From: Isurus oxyrinchus | Taxonomy: Eukaryota | DNA: 64,000 nucleotides | Direction: 5' to 3' | Assembly: GCA_026770705.1 (NCBI GenBank) | Contig: JANJGN010000036.1 | Span: 5,642,001 to 5,706,000, forward strand | In this document: positions 12,050 to 24,998 of the stretch, one piece after another | How the letters are laid out: each line of letters starts with the position of its first letter | Position numbering within the stretch: the stretch's first letter is position 1 | The notes under the pieces: model-generated | Seen by the model: only the letters and a program-made list of their open reading frames with translations | Told to the model about the DNA's origin: nothing | The model's database searches: none | Position numbers and translations under genes: made by a program

Positions 12050-15000
12050 TAAGGCATGCTGTTCTGCTCCTGTACTGTCCACTATGTATTCTCATACACT
12101 GTGCACTGCTCCTGTATTCTCCACTCTGTATTCTCATACACTGTGCATTGCTCCTGTACTCTCCATTCTGTATTCTCATACACTGTGCACTGCTCCTGTA
12201 TTCTCCACTCTGTATTCTCATACACTGTGCACTGCTCCTCTATTCTCCACTCTGTATTCTCATACACTGTGCACTGTTCCTGTACTCTCCACTCTGTATT
12301 CTCATACATTTCACACTGCTCCTGTACTCTCCACTCTGTATTCTCATACATTTCACACTGCTCCTGTACTCTCCACTCTGTATTCTCATACATTCCACAC
12401 TGCTCCTGTACTCTCCACTCTGTATTCTCATACACTGTGCATTGCTCCTGTACTCTCCACTCTGTATTCTCATACACTGTGCACTGCTCCTGTATTCTCC
12501 ACTCTGTATTCTCATACACTGTGCACTGCTCCTCTATTCTCCACTCTGTATTCTCATACACTGTGCACTGTTCCTGTACTCTCCACTCTGTATTCTCATA
12601 CACTGTGCACTGCTCCTCTACTCTCCATTCTGTATTCCCATACACTGTGCACTGCTCCTGTACTCTGCACTCTGTATTCTCATACACTGTGCACTGCTCC
12701 TGTACTCTCCACTCTGTATTCCCATACACTGTGCACTGCTCCTGTACTCTCCACTCTGTATTCTCATACACTGTGCACTGCTCCTGTACTCTCCATTCTG
12801 TATTCCCATACACTGTGCATTGCTCCTGTACTCTCCACTCTGTATTCTCATACACTGTGCACTACTCCTCTATTCTCCACTCTGTATTCTCATACACTGT
12901 GCACTGCTCCTGTACTCTCCACTCTGTATTCTCAGACATTGCACACTGCTCCTGTATTCTCCATTCTGTATTCCCATACACTGTGCACTGCTCCTGTACT
13001 CTCCACTCTGTATTCTCATACACTGTGCACTACTCCTCTATTCTCCACTCTGTATTCTCATACACTGTGCACTGCTCCTGTACTCTCCACTCTGTATTCT
13101 CAGACATTGCACACTGCTCCTGTACTCTCCACTCTGTATTCTCATACACTGTGCACTGCTCCTGTATTATCCACTCTGTATTGTCATACACTGTGCACTG
13201 CTCCTGTATTATCCACTCTGTATTGTCATACATTTCACACTGCTCCTGTACTCTCCACTCTGTATTCTCATACACTGTGCATTGCTCCTGTACTCTCCAC
13301 TCTGTATTCTCATATACTGTGCACTGCTCCTGTATTCTCCACTCTGTATTCTCATACACAGTGCACTGCTCCTGTACTCTCCACTCTGTATTCTCATACA
13401 CTGTGCACTGCTCCTGTATTATCCACTCTGTATTCTCATACATTTCACATTGCTCCTCTATTCTCCACTCTGTATTCTCATACATTTCACACTGCTCCTG
13501 TACTCTCCACTCTGTATTCTCATACACTGTGCACTGCTCCTGTATTCTCCACTCTGTATTCTCATACACAGTGCACTGCTCCTGTACTCTCCACTCTGTA
13601 TTCTCATACACTGTGCACTGCTCCTGTATTATCCACTCTGTATTCTCATACATTTCACATTGCTCCTGTACTCTCCACTCTGTATTCTCATACACTGTGC
13701 ATTGCTCCTATACTCTCCACTCTGTATTCTCATACACTGTGCACTGCTCCTGTATTCTCCACTCTGTATTCTCATACACTGTGCACTGCTCCTGTATTCT
13801 CCACTCTGTATTCCCATACACTGCGCACTGCTCCTGTATTCTCCACTCTGTATTCTCATACACTGTGCACTGCTCCTGTACTCTCCACTCTGTATTCTCA
13901 TACACTGCGCACTGCTCCTGTATTATCCACTCTGTATTCACATACATTTCACACTGCTCCTGTACTCTCCACTCTGTATTCTCATACACTGTGCACTGCT
14001 CCTGTACTCTCCATTCTGTATTCTCATACACTGCGCACTGCTCCTGTATTATCCACTCTGTATTCACATACATTTCACACTGCTCCTGTACTCTCCACTC
14101 TGTATTCTCATACACTGTGCACTGCTCCTGTACTCTCCACTCTGTATTCCCATACACTGTGCACTGCTCCTGTACTCTCCACTCTGTATTCTCATACACT
14201 GTGCACTGCTCCTCTACTCTCCATTCTGTATTCCCATACACTGTGCATTGCTCCTGTACTCTCCAGTCTGTATTCTCATACACTGTGCACTGCTCCTGTA
14301 CTCTCCACTCTATTCTCATACACTGTGCACTGCTCCTGTATTCTCCAGTCTGTATTCTCATACACTGTGCACTGCTCCTGTATTCTCCACTCTGTATTCT
14401 CATACACTGTGCACTGCTCCTGTACTCTCCACTCTATTCTCATACACTGCGCACTGCTCCTGTATTATCCACTCTGTATTTACATACATTTCACACTGCT
14501 CCTGTACTCTCCACTCTGTATTCTCATACACTGTGCACTGCTCCTGTATTATCCACTCTGTATTCACATACATTTCACACTGCTCCTGTACTCTCCACTC
14601 TGTATTCTCATACACTGTGCACTGCTCCTGTATTATCCACTCTGTATTCTCATACATTTCACACTGCTCCTGTACTCTCCACTCTGTATTCTCATACACT
14701 GTGCATTGCTCCTGTACTCTCCACTCTGTATTCTCATACACTGTGCACTGCTCCTGTATTATCCACTCTGTATTCTCATACATTTCACACTGCTCCTGTA
14801 CTCTCCACTCTGTATTCTCATACACTGTGCATTGCTCCTGTACTCTCCACTCTGTATTCTCATACACTGTGCACTGCTCCTGTACTCTCCACTCTGTATT
14901 CTCATACACTGTGCACTGCTCCTGTACTCTCCACTCTGTATTCTCATACACTGTGCACTGCTCCTGTACTCTCCACTCTGTATTCTCATACACTGTGCAC

Positions 15001-15742
15001 TGCTCCTGTATTCTCCACTCTGTATTCTCATACACTGTGCACTGCTCCTGTACTCTCCACTCTGTATTCTCATACACTGTGCACTGCTCCTGTGCCGTCC
15101 ACTCTGTATTCTCATACACTGTGCACTGCTCCTGTACTCTCCACTCTGTATTCTCATACACTGTACACTGCTCCTGTATTCTCCACTCTGTATTCTCATA
15201 CACTGTGCACTGCTCCTCTATTCTCCACTCTGTATTCTCATACACTGTGCACTGCTCCTGTATTATCCACTCTGTATTCTCATACATTTCACACTGCTCC
15301 TGTACCCTCCACTCTGCATTCTCATACACTGTGCACTGCTCCTGTACTCTCCACTCTGTATTCTCATACACTGTGCACTGCTCCTGTGCCCTCCACTCTG
15401 TATTCTCATACACTGTGCACTGCTCCTCTATTCTCCACTCTGTATTCTCATACACTGTGCACTGTTCCTGTACTCTCCACTCTGTATTCTCATACACTGT
15501 GCACTTCTCCTGTACTCTCCACTCTGTATTCTCATACACTGTGCACTGCTCCTGTGCCCTCCACTCTGTATTCTCATACACTGTGCACTGCTCCTGTGCC
15601 CTCCACTCTGTATTCTCATACACTGTGCACTGCTCCTGTGCCCTCCACTCTGTATTTCCATATACGATGTACTGCTCCTGTATTCTCCACTCTGTATTCT
15701 CAGACACTGCTTAGCGCTCCTATAGCCTCCACTCTGTACTCC
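12050..15742. repeat. 42-bp minisatellite, ~88 copies, filling most of a TTC24 intron
   Basis: Unit ctccactctgtattctcatacactgtgcactgctcctgtact. Confidence 0.97.
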
Positions 15743-15762
15743 CTTTATATTTGCCCCCTCAC

Positions 15763-15891
15763 CGGTATCTTTGAAAGCTTGCAGCGCGTGCAGGTAGTTC
15801 TCTGCCGTGTCTTCGTGGTCTCCCAGCTGACTAAAGGCGTAGGCCAAATTGCAGAAGCACTGGCCCTGTGCATTCCGGCTTCCAATCGACC
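15763..15891 (-). CDS. TTC24: TTC24 coding exon 3 ([43 protein letters not shown])
   Basis: ctccacag| acceptor and |gtgag donor; 129 bp, phase 1-1; matches recalled [16 protein letters not shown] motif. Confidence 0.9.
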
Positions 15892-16159
15892 CTGTGGAGA
15901 GATGTGGGCTCCTGTTATTGCTGGATTAGTGGACGGATCGGGAAGGTCACCGAGCCAAAGAGCACCTCCGGGCCACGCCATCCACACTGCCGCTTCGGTT
16001 AAACCAGGGCAGCTGCCTCTGACGCCCTCACTGGGGATTCACCCCAGGCATTGGTCACTCTTTGTCTGGTGAACCCAACTGGCATTACCGTCATGGTCTG
16101 CATCCTACTCTCCCGGTTTAGCTCTGAAGTGGAGCTCCTAGCTTTCCCTTTCCCTGCCA

Positions 16160-16507
16160 CGGGTTGAGTATCCTTTATCCGAAAACCTCATGGCTGGCTG
16201 CATTCCGGGTCCCAGATCATTTTGGTTTTCGGGTGCCGCATGTAGGCTTACATTACAATAGCCTAAGCCTAGGCCAGCTATAGCCTAAAGTAAGTGAAAC
16301 GGCTAGAAAACTAAGATGTGTCCCTGAGTAATAAATACAGGTTACCTGTAATACGTTTCTTTTTGTTCACCGGAAAAATCGCAAGGTAAGCAGCGTGGAC
16401 AAACAACCAGACTTCCCACAGTGAAGGTCAATGCCGTTCAAAAGCATCGCGGCTTCTGGATGTGTTGAGCTTTCGGATTTACAAATAAATAAGGGAGACT
16501 CGGCCTG
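16160..16507. mobile_element. Non-autonomous pogo/Tigger-like MITE
   Basis: Imperfect TIRs cgggttgagtatcctttat / ataagggagactcggcctg, resembling Tigger4/MER46-type termini. Confidence 0.6.
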
Positions 16508-17070
16508 TGTTTGTCATGGGGTTTCTTTCCTCCAAGAGCCTCCGTTTTGCGCAATCTCCCCTTGTATCGCTGCGGCGTTGTGGATCAGTTTCACAGACAC
16601 AGGGGGAGGCCATTCAGCCCCTCGAGCCTGTTCTGTCATTCAGTCAGACTGGCGCTGATCTGTATCTTAACTCCCTCTACCCGCCCTGCTTCCGCAACCC
16701 TTAACCCGAACCCCCCTTACCCGACAAAAATCTATCCATCTCAGGTTGGAAATTTCCAGTTGATCCCCTCCCAGCCTCGACAGTTTTTCTTTGTGGGGCG
16801 GAGAGAGTTCCAGATTCCTGCTCCCCTGTGTGTGTGTGTGTGTGTGTGTGCGTGTGTGTGTGTGTTTGAAGTGCTTCCTGACATCACCCCTGAACGGGCC
16901 TGGCTCCAATTTTAAGGTTCTGCCCCCCTTGTTCTCTCCCACCCAGTGAGAGGAAATATCGACCCTTTTGAATCCTTCACTTATATCAAAACACAAGACA
17001 AAACGTTCCAATAGGAGGGAAAAGTTGGGTAATATAAGCTATGGGGCTATTACTGTGAATGAATACTGTG

Positions 17071-17460
17071 CTCCTCCAGCCCCTACACCCCCTCCCTATC
17101 TCTGTAACCTCCTCCAGCTCCTACACCCCTTCCTATCTCTGTAACCTCCTCCAACCCCTATACCCCTCTCTATCTCTGTAACCTCCTCCAGCCCCTACAC
17201 CCCTCCCTATCTCTGTAACCTCCTCCAGCTCCTACACCCCTTCCTATCTCTGTAACCTCCTCCAACCCCTACACCCCTCTCTATCTCTGTAACCTCCTCC
17301 AGCCCCTACACCCCTCCCTATCTCTGTAACCTCCTCCAGCCCCTACACCCCTCCCTATCTCTGTAACCTCCTCCAGCCCCTAAACCCCTCCCTATCTCTG
17401 TAACCTCCTCCATCCCCTACAACCCTCCCTATCTCTGTAACCTCCTCCAGCACCTCCAAC
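17071..17460. repeat. 37-bp minisatellite running into an L2-like 3' fragment
   Basis: Unit ctcctccagcccctacacccctccctatctctgtaac. Confidence 0.9.
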
Positions 17461-17935
17461 CCTCTGAGATCTCTGCGCTCCTCCAATTCCGGCCTCTTGA
17501 GCATCCCCCGATTCCCATCGCTCCACCATTGGCGGCCGTGCCTTCAGCTGCCTGGGGGGGCCCTGAGCTCTGGAACTCCCTCCCTAAACCTCTCCACCCC
17601 TCTCTCCCTCCTCCTTTAATAAGATGCTCTTTAAAAAAGCAGTCAGTGACCAATCTTTTGCCCATCTGTTCAAAAAGCAACTCCTGCCCGGTCACCGATT
17701 CTACCCCCTGCCCCCCGCCACTCTTGGCTGGAGGAGGTTACAGAGATAGGAAGGGGTGTAGGAGCTGGAGGAGGTTACAGAGATAGGGAGGGGGTGTAGG
17801 GGCTGGAGGAGCACAGTATTCATTCACAGTAATAGCCCCATAGCCTGGCTGAGATCAGCACATGCCAGTGGGGCTGTGGATCAAGCCAGGCCCCTCCCTG
17901 ACCCCCCAGGGCTCGATTGTCGCCGCGTTCCTCAC

Positions 17936-18151
17936 CGTGTAAGGCCGCCGCGCTCTGGTGGAAGCCCAGGGCTCTGCTGTAGTCGCCCGTGGTGTTGTAG
18001 ACGGCGCCCAGATTCTGGAGGACCACGGCCTCCTTCTGCTGCTCCGACTTGTCCCGCTGGCAGTAGGGGAGGGCCATTTCGAAACACTCGGCCGCCTGAG
18101 GGAAGATCCTCAGCTGCGAGTAGCTGAGTCCGATGTCGTTGTAGAGCTTCC
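17936..18151 (-). CDS. TTC24: TTC24 coding exon 2 ([24 protein letters not shown]...AAALH)
   Basis: ttttcaag| acceptor and |gtgag donor; 216 bp, phase 1-1, in frame with neighbours; TPR content. Confidence 0.9.
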
Positions 18152-18349
18152 CTTGAAAAGGCAAAAGCAAAAACGGTGAGCCTATTGGTCCAGGGGGTAC
18201 AGAAGTGAGAAAATCAACTTGTTTGATATCTTCACACAACCTTTTTATCCCTTTTGGGGGAAATGTTGGATTAAGCAGGCTGGTTATCAAACTTTTGAAG
18301 AACGTCATGAACACTCCTTCCATATGACCAACAAGTTTTATTTTTTAAA

Positions 18350-18980
18350 AATTCGTTTCTGGGATGTGGGCTTCACTGGCCGGGCCCAGCATTTATTGCC
18401 CATCCCTAATTGCCCCCTTGAGAAGGTGGGGGGTGAGCTGCCTTCTTGAGCCGCTGCAGTCCCTGTGGTGTAGGTACACCCACCGTGCTGTTAGGGAGGG
18501 AGTTCCAGGATTTGGACCCAGCGACAGTGAAGGAACGGCCGATATATTTCCAAGTCAGGATGGTGAGTGGCTCGGAGGGGAACTTCCAGGTGGTGGTGTT
18601 CCCCATGTGTCTGCTGCCCTTGTCCTTCTAGATGGTAGCGGTCGTGGGTTTGGAAGGTGCTGTCGAAGGAGCCTTGGTGAATTTCTGCAGTGCATCTTGT
18701 AGATGGTACACACACTGCTGCTACTGTGCGTCAGTGGTGGAGGGAGTGAATGTTGGAGGTGGTGGATGGGGTGCTAGCGGAGAGTTTACCCCAATTCCCA
18801 TTGACTCCAGTTTTGCTAGGGCTCCTTGATGCCACACTCGGTCAAGTGCGGCCTTGATGTCAAGGGCAGTCACTCTCACCTCACCTCTGGAGTTCAGTCC
18901 TTTTGTCCATGTTTGAACCAAGGCTGTAATGAGGCCAGGAGCTGAGTGGCCCTGGCGGAACCCAAACTGAGCGTCAGTGA
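18350..18980 (-). mobile_element. 3' fragments of the same LINE family; other copies at ~20845-21530, 35645-35950, 36835-37090 (+) and 62620-63070
   Basis: Near-identical to 550-1030 and 1630-1810. Confidence 0.85.
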
Positions 18981-18989
18981 ACAGTCCTG

Positions 18990-19221
18990 AGGTGGAATAA
19001 AAGTAGAAAAATGGTGGAAATACTCAGCAGGTCTGACAGCATCTGTGGAGAGAAGAAACAGAGTTAATGTTTTGAGTTGAATACGACTCTTCTTCAGAAG
19101 TGAGGAATCGTTCTGAACGACAGCCATATTCAATTTGAAGCATTAACTCTATTTCCTCTCTCCACAGCTGCTGCCAGAGCTGCTGAGTATTTCCACCGCT
19201 TTCTGTTTCAGGTTTTTATAG
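18990..19221. mobile_element. Palindromic Penelope-terminus-derived element (older copy)
   Basis: Arms ggtggaaatactcagcag...gagttaatg / cattaactc...ctgctgagtatttccacc; possible 6-bp TSD gtcctg. Confidence 0.7.
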
Positions 19222-19429
19222 GTCCTGGACTAAGGCTTGACACAGAGTTGCAGGCTCAGAGACTGGGGCACTTACTTACTGAGCCAGAAGACTGCCAAGA
19301 AAATTAATAATACATCTAGATTCTGATAGAGCTGTTTGCATATATGTTTTTCCAGACAAGCTGTCACACTTCAGCACTCAAGCTTTGTACAAAACACTAA
19401 CAATTCTGGTTAACCTTTATCAACAGAGA

Positions 19430-20045
19430 CGTGGAGTAAAACAGCATGGAAGTTATGGTAAAGATTTATAAATCCCTGATTAGGCCGCAGCTGGAGTATT
19501 GTGTCAATTCTGGGCCCCGCACTTTAGGAAGGATGTCAAGGGCCTTGGAGAGGGTGCGGACGGAGATTTACCCCGAATGGGACCAGGGACGAGGGGCTTC
19601 AGTTCATGTGGAAAGGCTGGAGGAGCTGGGATTGTTCTCCTTAGAGCGGAGAAGGTTAAGGGGGAGATTGAATTGAGGCATTCAAAATCAGGAAGGGGGT
19701 TTGGACAGAGTAAATAAGGAGAAACTGTTCCCACTGGGCAGGAGGGTCGGTAACCAGAGGGACACAGATTGAAGAGAATCGGGAAATGAACCAGAGGGGG
19801 AGATGAGGAGAAATCTATTTTCCCACACAGCAAGTTGTTGTGATCTGGAAGGCGCTGCCTGAAAGGGCGGTGGAAGCAGATTCAAAAGGAACTTTCAAAA
19901 GGGGGAATCGGATGAATACTTGAAGGGGAAAATTTTTCAGGGCTATGGGGGAAAGAGCAGGGAGGGAGTGGGGCTAATTGGATAGCTCTTTCAAAGAGCC
20001 GGAACAGACACAATGGGTTGAATGGCCCCCTTCTGTGCTGTAAAA
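19430..20045 (+). mobile_element. CR1 3' fragment; related copies at 30120-30660, 32050-32740 (-), 32960-33465, 39400-39860 and 61545-62035
   Basis: LIRPQLEYCV and LGLFSLERRRLRG motifs; typical 3' tail. Confidence 0.8.
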
Positions 20046-22493
20046 TTCTACTATAAATCAGGGGACGTGCATTTAAACAATGTAAAAGTAGGGACATCTG
20101 GATGTTGGATTCATATCCCAGAGGGTCGTGAGCCTCTGGAACATATTGCTAGCTGGTACGATGGACGCTGGCTCTCTGAATGTCTTCCGGAGGGAGCTGG
20201 GCTGATTCTTGCTGGAATCGATATTGCATTGTGCAGAAAGTCAGTGGATTAACAGTCAATGTGTAAAAGGCCAATGGGGTCTCATAGCATTATGGAGTCA
20301 TTCATGGCACAGAAGGAGGCCATTTGGTCTATCGAATCTATGCTTTCGGTCTATGGACTGAAGGGTCAAGGGAGGAATCTTCCTATTTTCCCCTTATTGC
20401 ACTGGTGTTATCTCTGTTTTCTGCCTCTCGGGGGTGGATAGGATAGGAATTATGATTATGATATACTTACATTGGAACCAGTTCGGAGAAGTTCCACTGG
20501 GCTGATTCCTGGGATGAAGGGCGTTTGCCTTATGAGGACAGGTTGAGCAGGTTGGGCCTGTACCCATTGGAGTTTAGAAGAGTGAGAGGTGACCTTATTG
20601 AAACATAGAAGATCCTGAGGGGACTTGACAGGGTGGATGCTGAGGGAACGTTTCCCCATTGTGGGGGCATCAAGAACTAGGGGGCACAGTTTAAAGATAA
20701 TGGGTCTCCCACTTAAGATGGAGGTGAGGAGGAATGTCTTCTCTCAGTGGGTAGTAAGTCTTTGGAATTCTCTTCCCCAGAACAGTGGAGGCTGGGTCAT
20801 TGAATATAATCTAAGTGGAGTTAGATGGATTTCCATTTTTTTAATTCATTCACAGGGTATGTGCATTGCTGGTTAGATCAGCGTTAGTTGCCCATCCCTA
20901 ATTGCCCCTTGAGAAGGTGGTGGGTGAGCCGTCTTCTTGAGCCGCTGCAGTCCCTATGTTGTAGGTACACCCACCGTGCTGTTAGGGAGGGAGTTCCAGT
21001 ATTTGGACCCAGCGACAGTGAACGAACGGCCGATATATTTCCAAGTCAGGATGGTGAGTGACTCGGAGGGGAACTTCCAGGTGGTGGGTGTTCCCCATGT
21101 GTCTGCTGCCCTTGTCCTTCTAGATGGTAGAGGTCGTGGGTTTGGAAGGTGCTGTTGAAGGAACCTTGGTGAGTTGCTGCAGTGCATCTTGTAGATGGTA
21201 CACACACTGCTGCTACTGTGCGTCGGTGGTGGAGGGAGTGAATGTTTAAGTTGGCAGATGGGGTGCCAATTAAACAGGCTGCTTTGTCCTGGATGGTGTT
21301 GAGCTTACTTGAGTGCTGTGGGAGCTGCACTCATCCAGGCAAGTGGGGAGTATTCCATCCCACTCCTGACTTGTGCCTTGTAGATGGTGGACAGGCTTTG
21401 GGGAGTCAGGAGGTGAGTTACTCACCGCAGGATTCGCAGCCTCTGACCTGCTCTTGTAGCCGCAGTATTTATATGGCTGCTCTAGTTCAGTTTCTGGTCA
21501 ATGGTAACCCCCAGGATGTTGATAGAGGGGGATTGAGAAGGGAGTCAAGAATCATGGGGGATGTGCAAGAAAGTGCTGTTAATGGAGGCCACAGTCAGAT
21601 CAGCCATGCTCTTATTTAATGGCGGAGGGCCAATCTAAAGGGCCAAATGGCCTACTCCTGCTCCTTTTTCATATGATCATATGTTGTGATGCGTGCAGGG
21701 ACAGGAGCCCAGGTTTGTTTTCAACCCCCCCCCCCCACCCCCAACCCACCCCCCCCCCCCCCCCCCCACCCCCCACCAACCTCCATAACGCACAGTGCAG
21801 CACTCATGATCTGGCCATGTAACTCCGCACTGGGGTTGCCAACTCTGCCTGGGCGCATTCCTGGAGCTTTTCAGACCCGCCCAGAATTCCTTCCCACGAC
21901 TAATGAACCAAAGTGCCGTAAGAAAGTGAGAAAAATAAAAGCCAGGGCATTTACTTTTAGCGCCCGAAGACTTACCTTCTGCGTCGCTTTGTGGCAATGT
22001 ACGGGGGGTAAATCTTTAATTCCTGGAGTCCAGGACAACCCTCGAGGGTGGGCGGCCCCACTCAGCACAGGCCCGAATGGAGCCTGGGCCTTCCTGGTGA
22101 GCGTGGGTCAGCTGCTCGCTGCCTAACCCAGTGAACCGAGGGAGGGAGGCAATCGCTCTTATCATCAAATGTGTGTTTCCTCGAGAGTGAACCTACTTTC
22201 GAAAAGTGGCAGGTCTTCACTCAATCCCGTGTGTGTGAGGTCGGAGGTCAGCGGTGTGTTAATGAGGCGTTAAACCGAGGCGCCGCCCACCCCCCCCAGC
22301 CCCCCCCACCCCAGGCTGCCCTCTCGGGTAGATGTCAAAGATCCCACGGCCGCTATTGGAAGAAAAGTGTGGGGGGGAGAGTTGGGGGGGGGGGGGAGGC
22401 GGTGGGGGGGGGGGCGGGTGTGGGGGAGCGGGGCGGCAGGGGTGTGGTTGGGCAGGTTCTCCCCGGTGTCCTGGGGCCCAATATCCATCCCTC

Positions 22494-22658
22494 NNNNNNN
22501 NNNNNNNNNNNNNNNNNNNNNNNNNNNNNNNNNNNNNNNNNNNNNNNNNNNNNNNNNNNNNNNNNNNNNNNNNNNNNNNNNNNNNNNNNNNNNNNNNNNN
22601 NNNNNNNNNNNNNNNNNNNNNNNNNNNNNNNNNNNNNNNNNNNNNNNNNNNNNNNNNN
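22494..22658. other. Assembly gap
   Basis: Run of N. Confidence 1.
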
Positions 22659-22834
22659 TCGCCTTGCTCTTTGTGGGATCTTGCTGTGCGGCGGCTGCGC
22701 TTCAAGATGCGCTGCGTGGGCCGCGAGGAGGGGGGGGAAGGGCGGCTAGAGGAACGCATGTCCTGAAGGCCCGTGAGGAGCGTTGTCCAAAAGGAAGCAC
22801 AAGGCTAAAAACGGCGAGGGAAAGCGGGACCCAC

Positions 22835-23579
22835 CGAGCAGGCCCTTGTTCTGGATGTGGCGGCAGACGGTGCGGCACTCGTTTAACACCTCGGTGATTT
22901 CCCCGGCGGTGAACCGCCGGCACTGCAGCATGTGGCAGGCGGCCTCGTTGAGGGCGACGGCGGCGAGGTCTGGGCTCCCGGCCTGCCGGTAGGCTTGGCC
23001 CGCCCTCTGGTAGCAGCGGCCAGCCTGGGCTGGGTCCCCCGCCCGGGCCTGACAGCCGGCCAGCTTCATGCGGGTGTCCGCCTCGCCCTGGGCCCGCTGG
23101 CCCCGGTAGTGGCCCAAGGCCTGCTGGTAGTGCTCGATGGCGCCCGGCAAGTCGCCCATCCCCTCGCGGGCCACCCCCAGGTTGAAGTGCAGGTCGCCCT
23201 GCCTCTCCCCGCCCCGGGCGGGCTGCGAGCGGAGCAGGAAGTCCAGGCCTTTCTCGGGCCTACCCGAGGCCACGTAGGCCGCGCCCAGGTTGAAGGCGCA
23301 GGCCCTCCGCACCCGCTGCTCCCTCAGGTCCAACGAGACCAGGAAGGCCTTCTTGAAAGAGGCCAGCGCCTCCTCGGAGCGCTCCTGAGCCAGGGCCTGG
23401 CTCCCAGCTCTGGTCAGGCGCTCGATCTCGGCCTGGGCTTCCGGGGAGTCCCGCTCGCCTTCTGCCACCTCCGCTCCATCGTTCTGGCGTTTCTTCCTCC
23501 CCGAACTCTTCTTCTTATCCCCAGGCTGGGCCGGGCTGGAAGTCGGCGGCTCAGTTGTTCCTGCCACTTCGGAGGACAT
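22835..23579 (-). CDS. TTC24: TTC24 first coding exon (TPR repeats), MSSEVAGTT...HIQNKGLL(G)
   Basis: Acceptor tctctcgatag| opens the exon at 23602, ATG at 23579, donor G|gtgggt at 22835. TPR motifs RACAFNLGAAYVASGRPEKGLDFL and GDLHFNLGVAREGMGDLPGAIEHYQQAL resemble recalled TTC24. Head-to-head adjacency to IQGAP3 matches recalled human synteny. Confidence 0.9.
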
Positions 23580-24042
23580 CGCCCGATGTCCCAGGACCAA
23601 ACCTATCGAGAGAGAACAGAGCGTTAACCCTCCGAGTGTAAATGTCAATGAAAGAGCTTGCATTTATCTAGTGCCTTTCACCTCCTTGGGACATCCCAGA
23701 GCCAGTGAGGTACTTTTTGAAGTATGGTCATTGCAGTAAGGTAGGAAACACAGCAGCCAATTTATGCATAGCAGGATCCTGCAAACAGCAAAGACATCAT
23801 ACCTAGTTCCATCTGTTCCAGAAATGTTCACTGGCCGTGAAGCACTCTGGACATCTGGAGGTCACAAAATGGGAACTCAAATATTTCTTTTTGATTGAGG
23901 GATAAATATTAGGCCCCAGGACACCGGGGAGAGAACTCCCCCTCCCACTGCTCATCTTCCAAAAGCGGCTGATGGAACATTAACATCTATCTGAGGGGGC
24001 GGATGGGGGCCTCAGTTTAACATCTCATCCTGAAAAGCAGCA

Positions 24043-24998
24043 CCTCCGACAGTGCGGCGCTCCTTCAGTACTGACCCTCCGACAGTGCTGCACTCCCTCA
24101 GTACTGACCGTCCGACAGTGCGGCGCTCCCTCAGTACTGGCCCTCCGACAGTGCGGCGTTCCCTCAGTACTGACCCTCTGACAGTGCGGCGCTCCCTCAG
24201 TACTGACCCTCCGACAGTGAGGCGCTCTCTCAGTACTGACCCTCCGACAGTGCGGCACTCCCTCAGTACTGACCCTCCGACAGTGCGGCGCTCCCTCAGT
24301 ACTGACCCTCCGACAGTGCGGCACTCCCTCAGTACTGACCCTCCGACAGTGCGGCACTCCCTCAGTACTGACCCTCCGACAGTGCGGCGCTCCTTCAGTA
24401 CTGACCCTCCGACAGTGCTGCACTCCCTCAGTACTGACCGTCCGACAGTGCGGCACTCCCTCAGTACTTACCCTCCGACAGTGCGGCACTCCCTCAGTAC
24501 TGACCCTCCGACTGTGCGGCGCTCCCTCAGTACTGACCCTCCGACAGTGCGGCACTCCCTCAGTACTGACCCTCCGACAGTGCGGCACTCCCTCAGTACT
24601 GACCCTCCGACAGTGCGGTGCTCCCTCAGTACTAACCCTCCGACAGTGCGGAGCTCCCTCAGTACTGACCCTCCGACAGTGCGGAGCTCCCTCAGTACTG
24701 ACCCTCCGACAGTGCGGCGCTCCCTCGGTACTGACCCTCCGACAGTGCGGCGCTCCCTCGGTACTGACCCTCCGACAGTGCTGCACTCCCTCAGTACTGA
24801 CCCTCCGACAGTGCGGCGCTCCCTCGGTACTGACCCTCCGACAGTGCGACACTCCCTCAGTACTGACCCTCCGACAGTGCGGCACTCCCTCAGTACTGAC
24901 CCTCCGACAGTGCGGCGCTCCCTCAGTACTGACCCTCCGACAGTGCGACACTCCCTCAGTACTGACCCTCCGACAGTGCGGCGCTCACTCGGTACTGG
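24043..24998. repeat. 33-bp minisatellite, ~29 copies, amplified inside a SINE
   Basis: Unit ccgacagtgcggcactccctcagtactgaccct; SINE sequence continues on both flanks. Confidence 0.95.

Noticed and set aside
11800-16072. ORFs over 1200 aa (Cys/His/Leu-rich)
   Set aside because: All three frames are open only because a stop-free 42-bp unit is repeated; intronic and antisense to TTC24.
24043-24998. CRISPR-like 33-bp repeats (also 49822-50833, 6886-7680)
   Set aside because: No unique spacers, no cas genes, vertebrate context.
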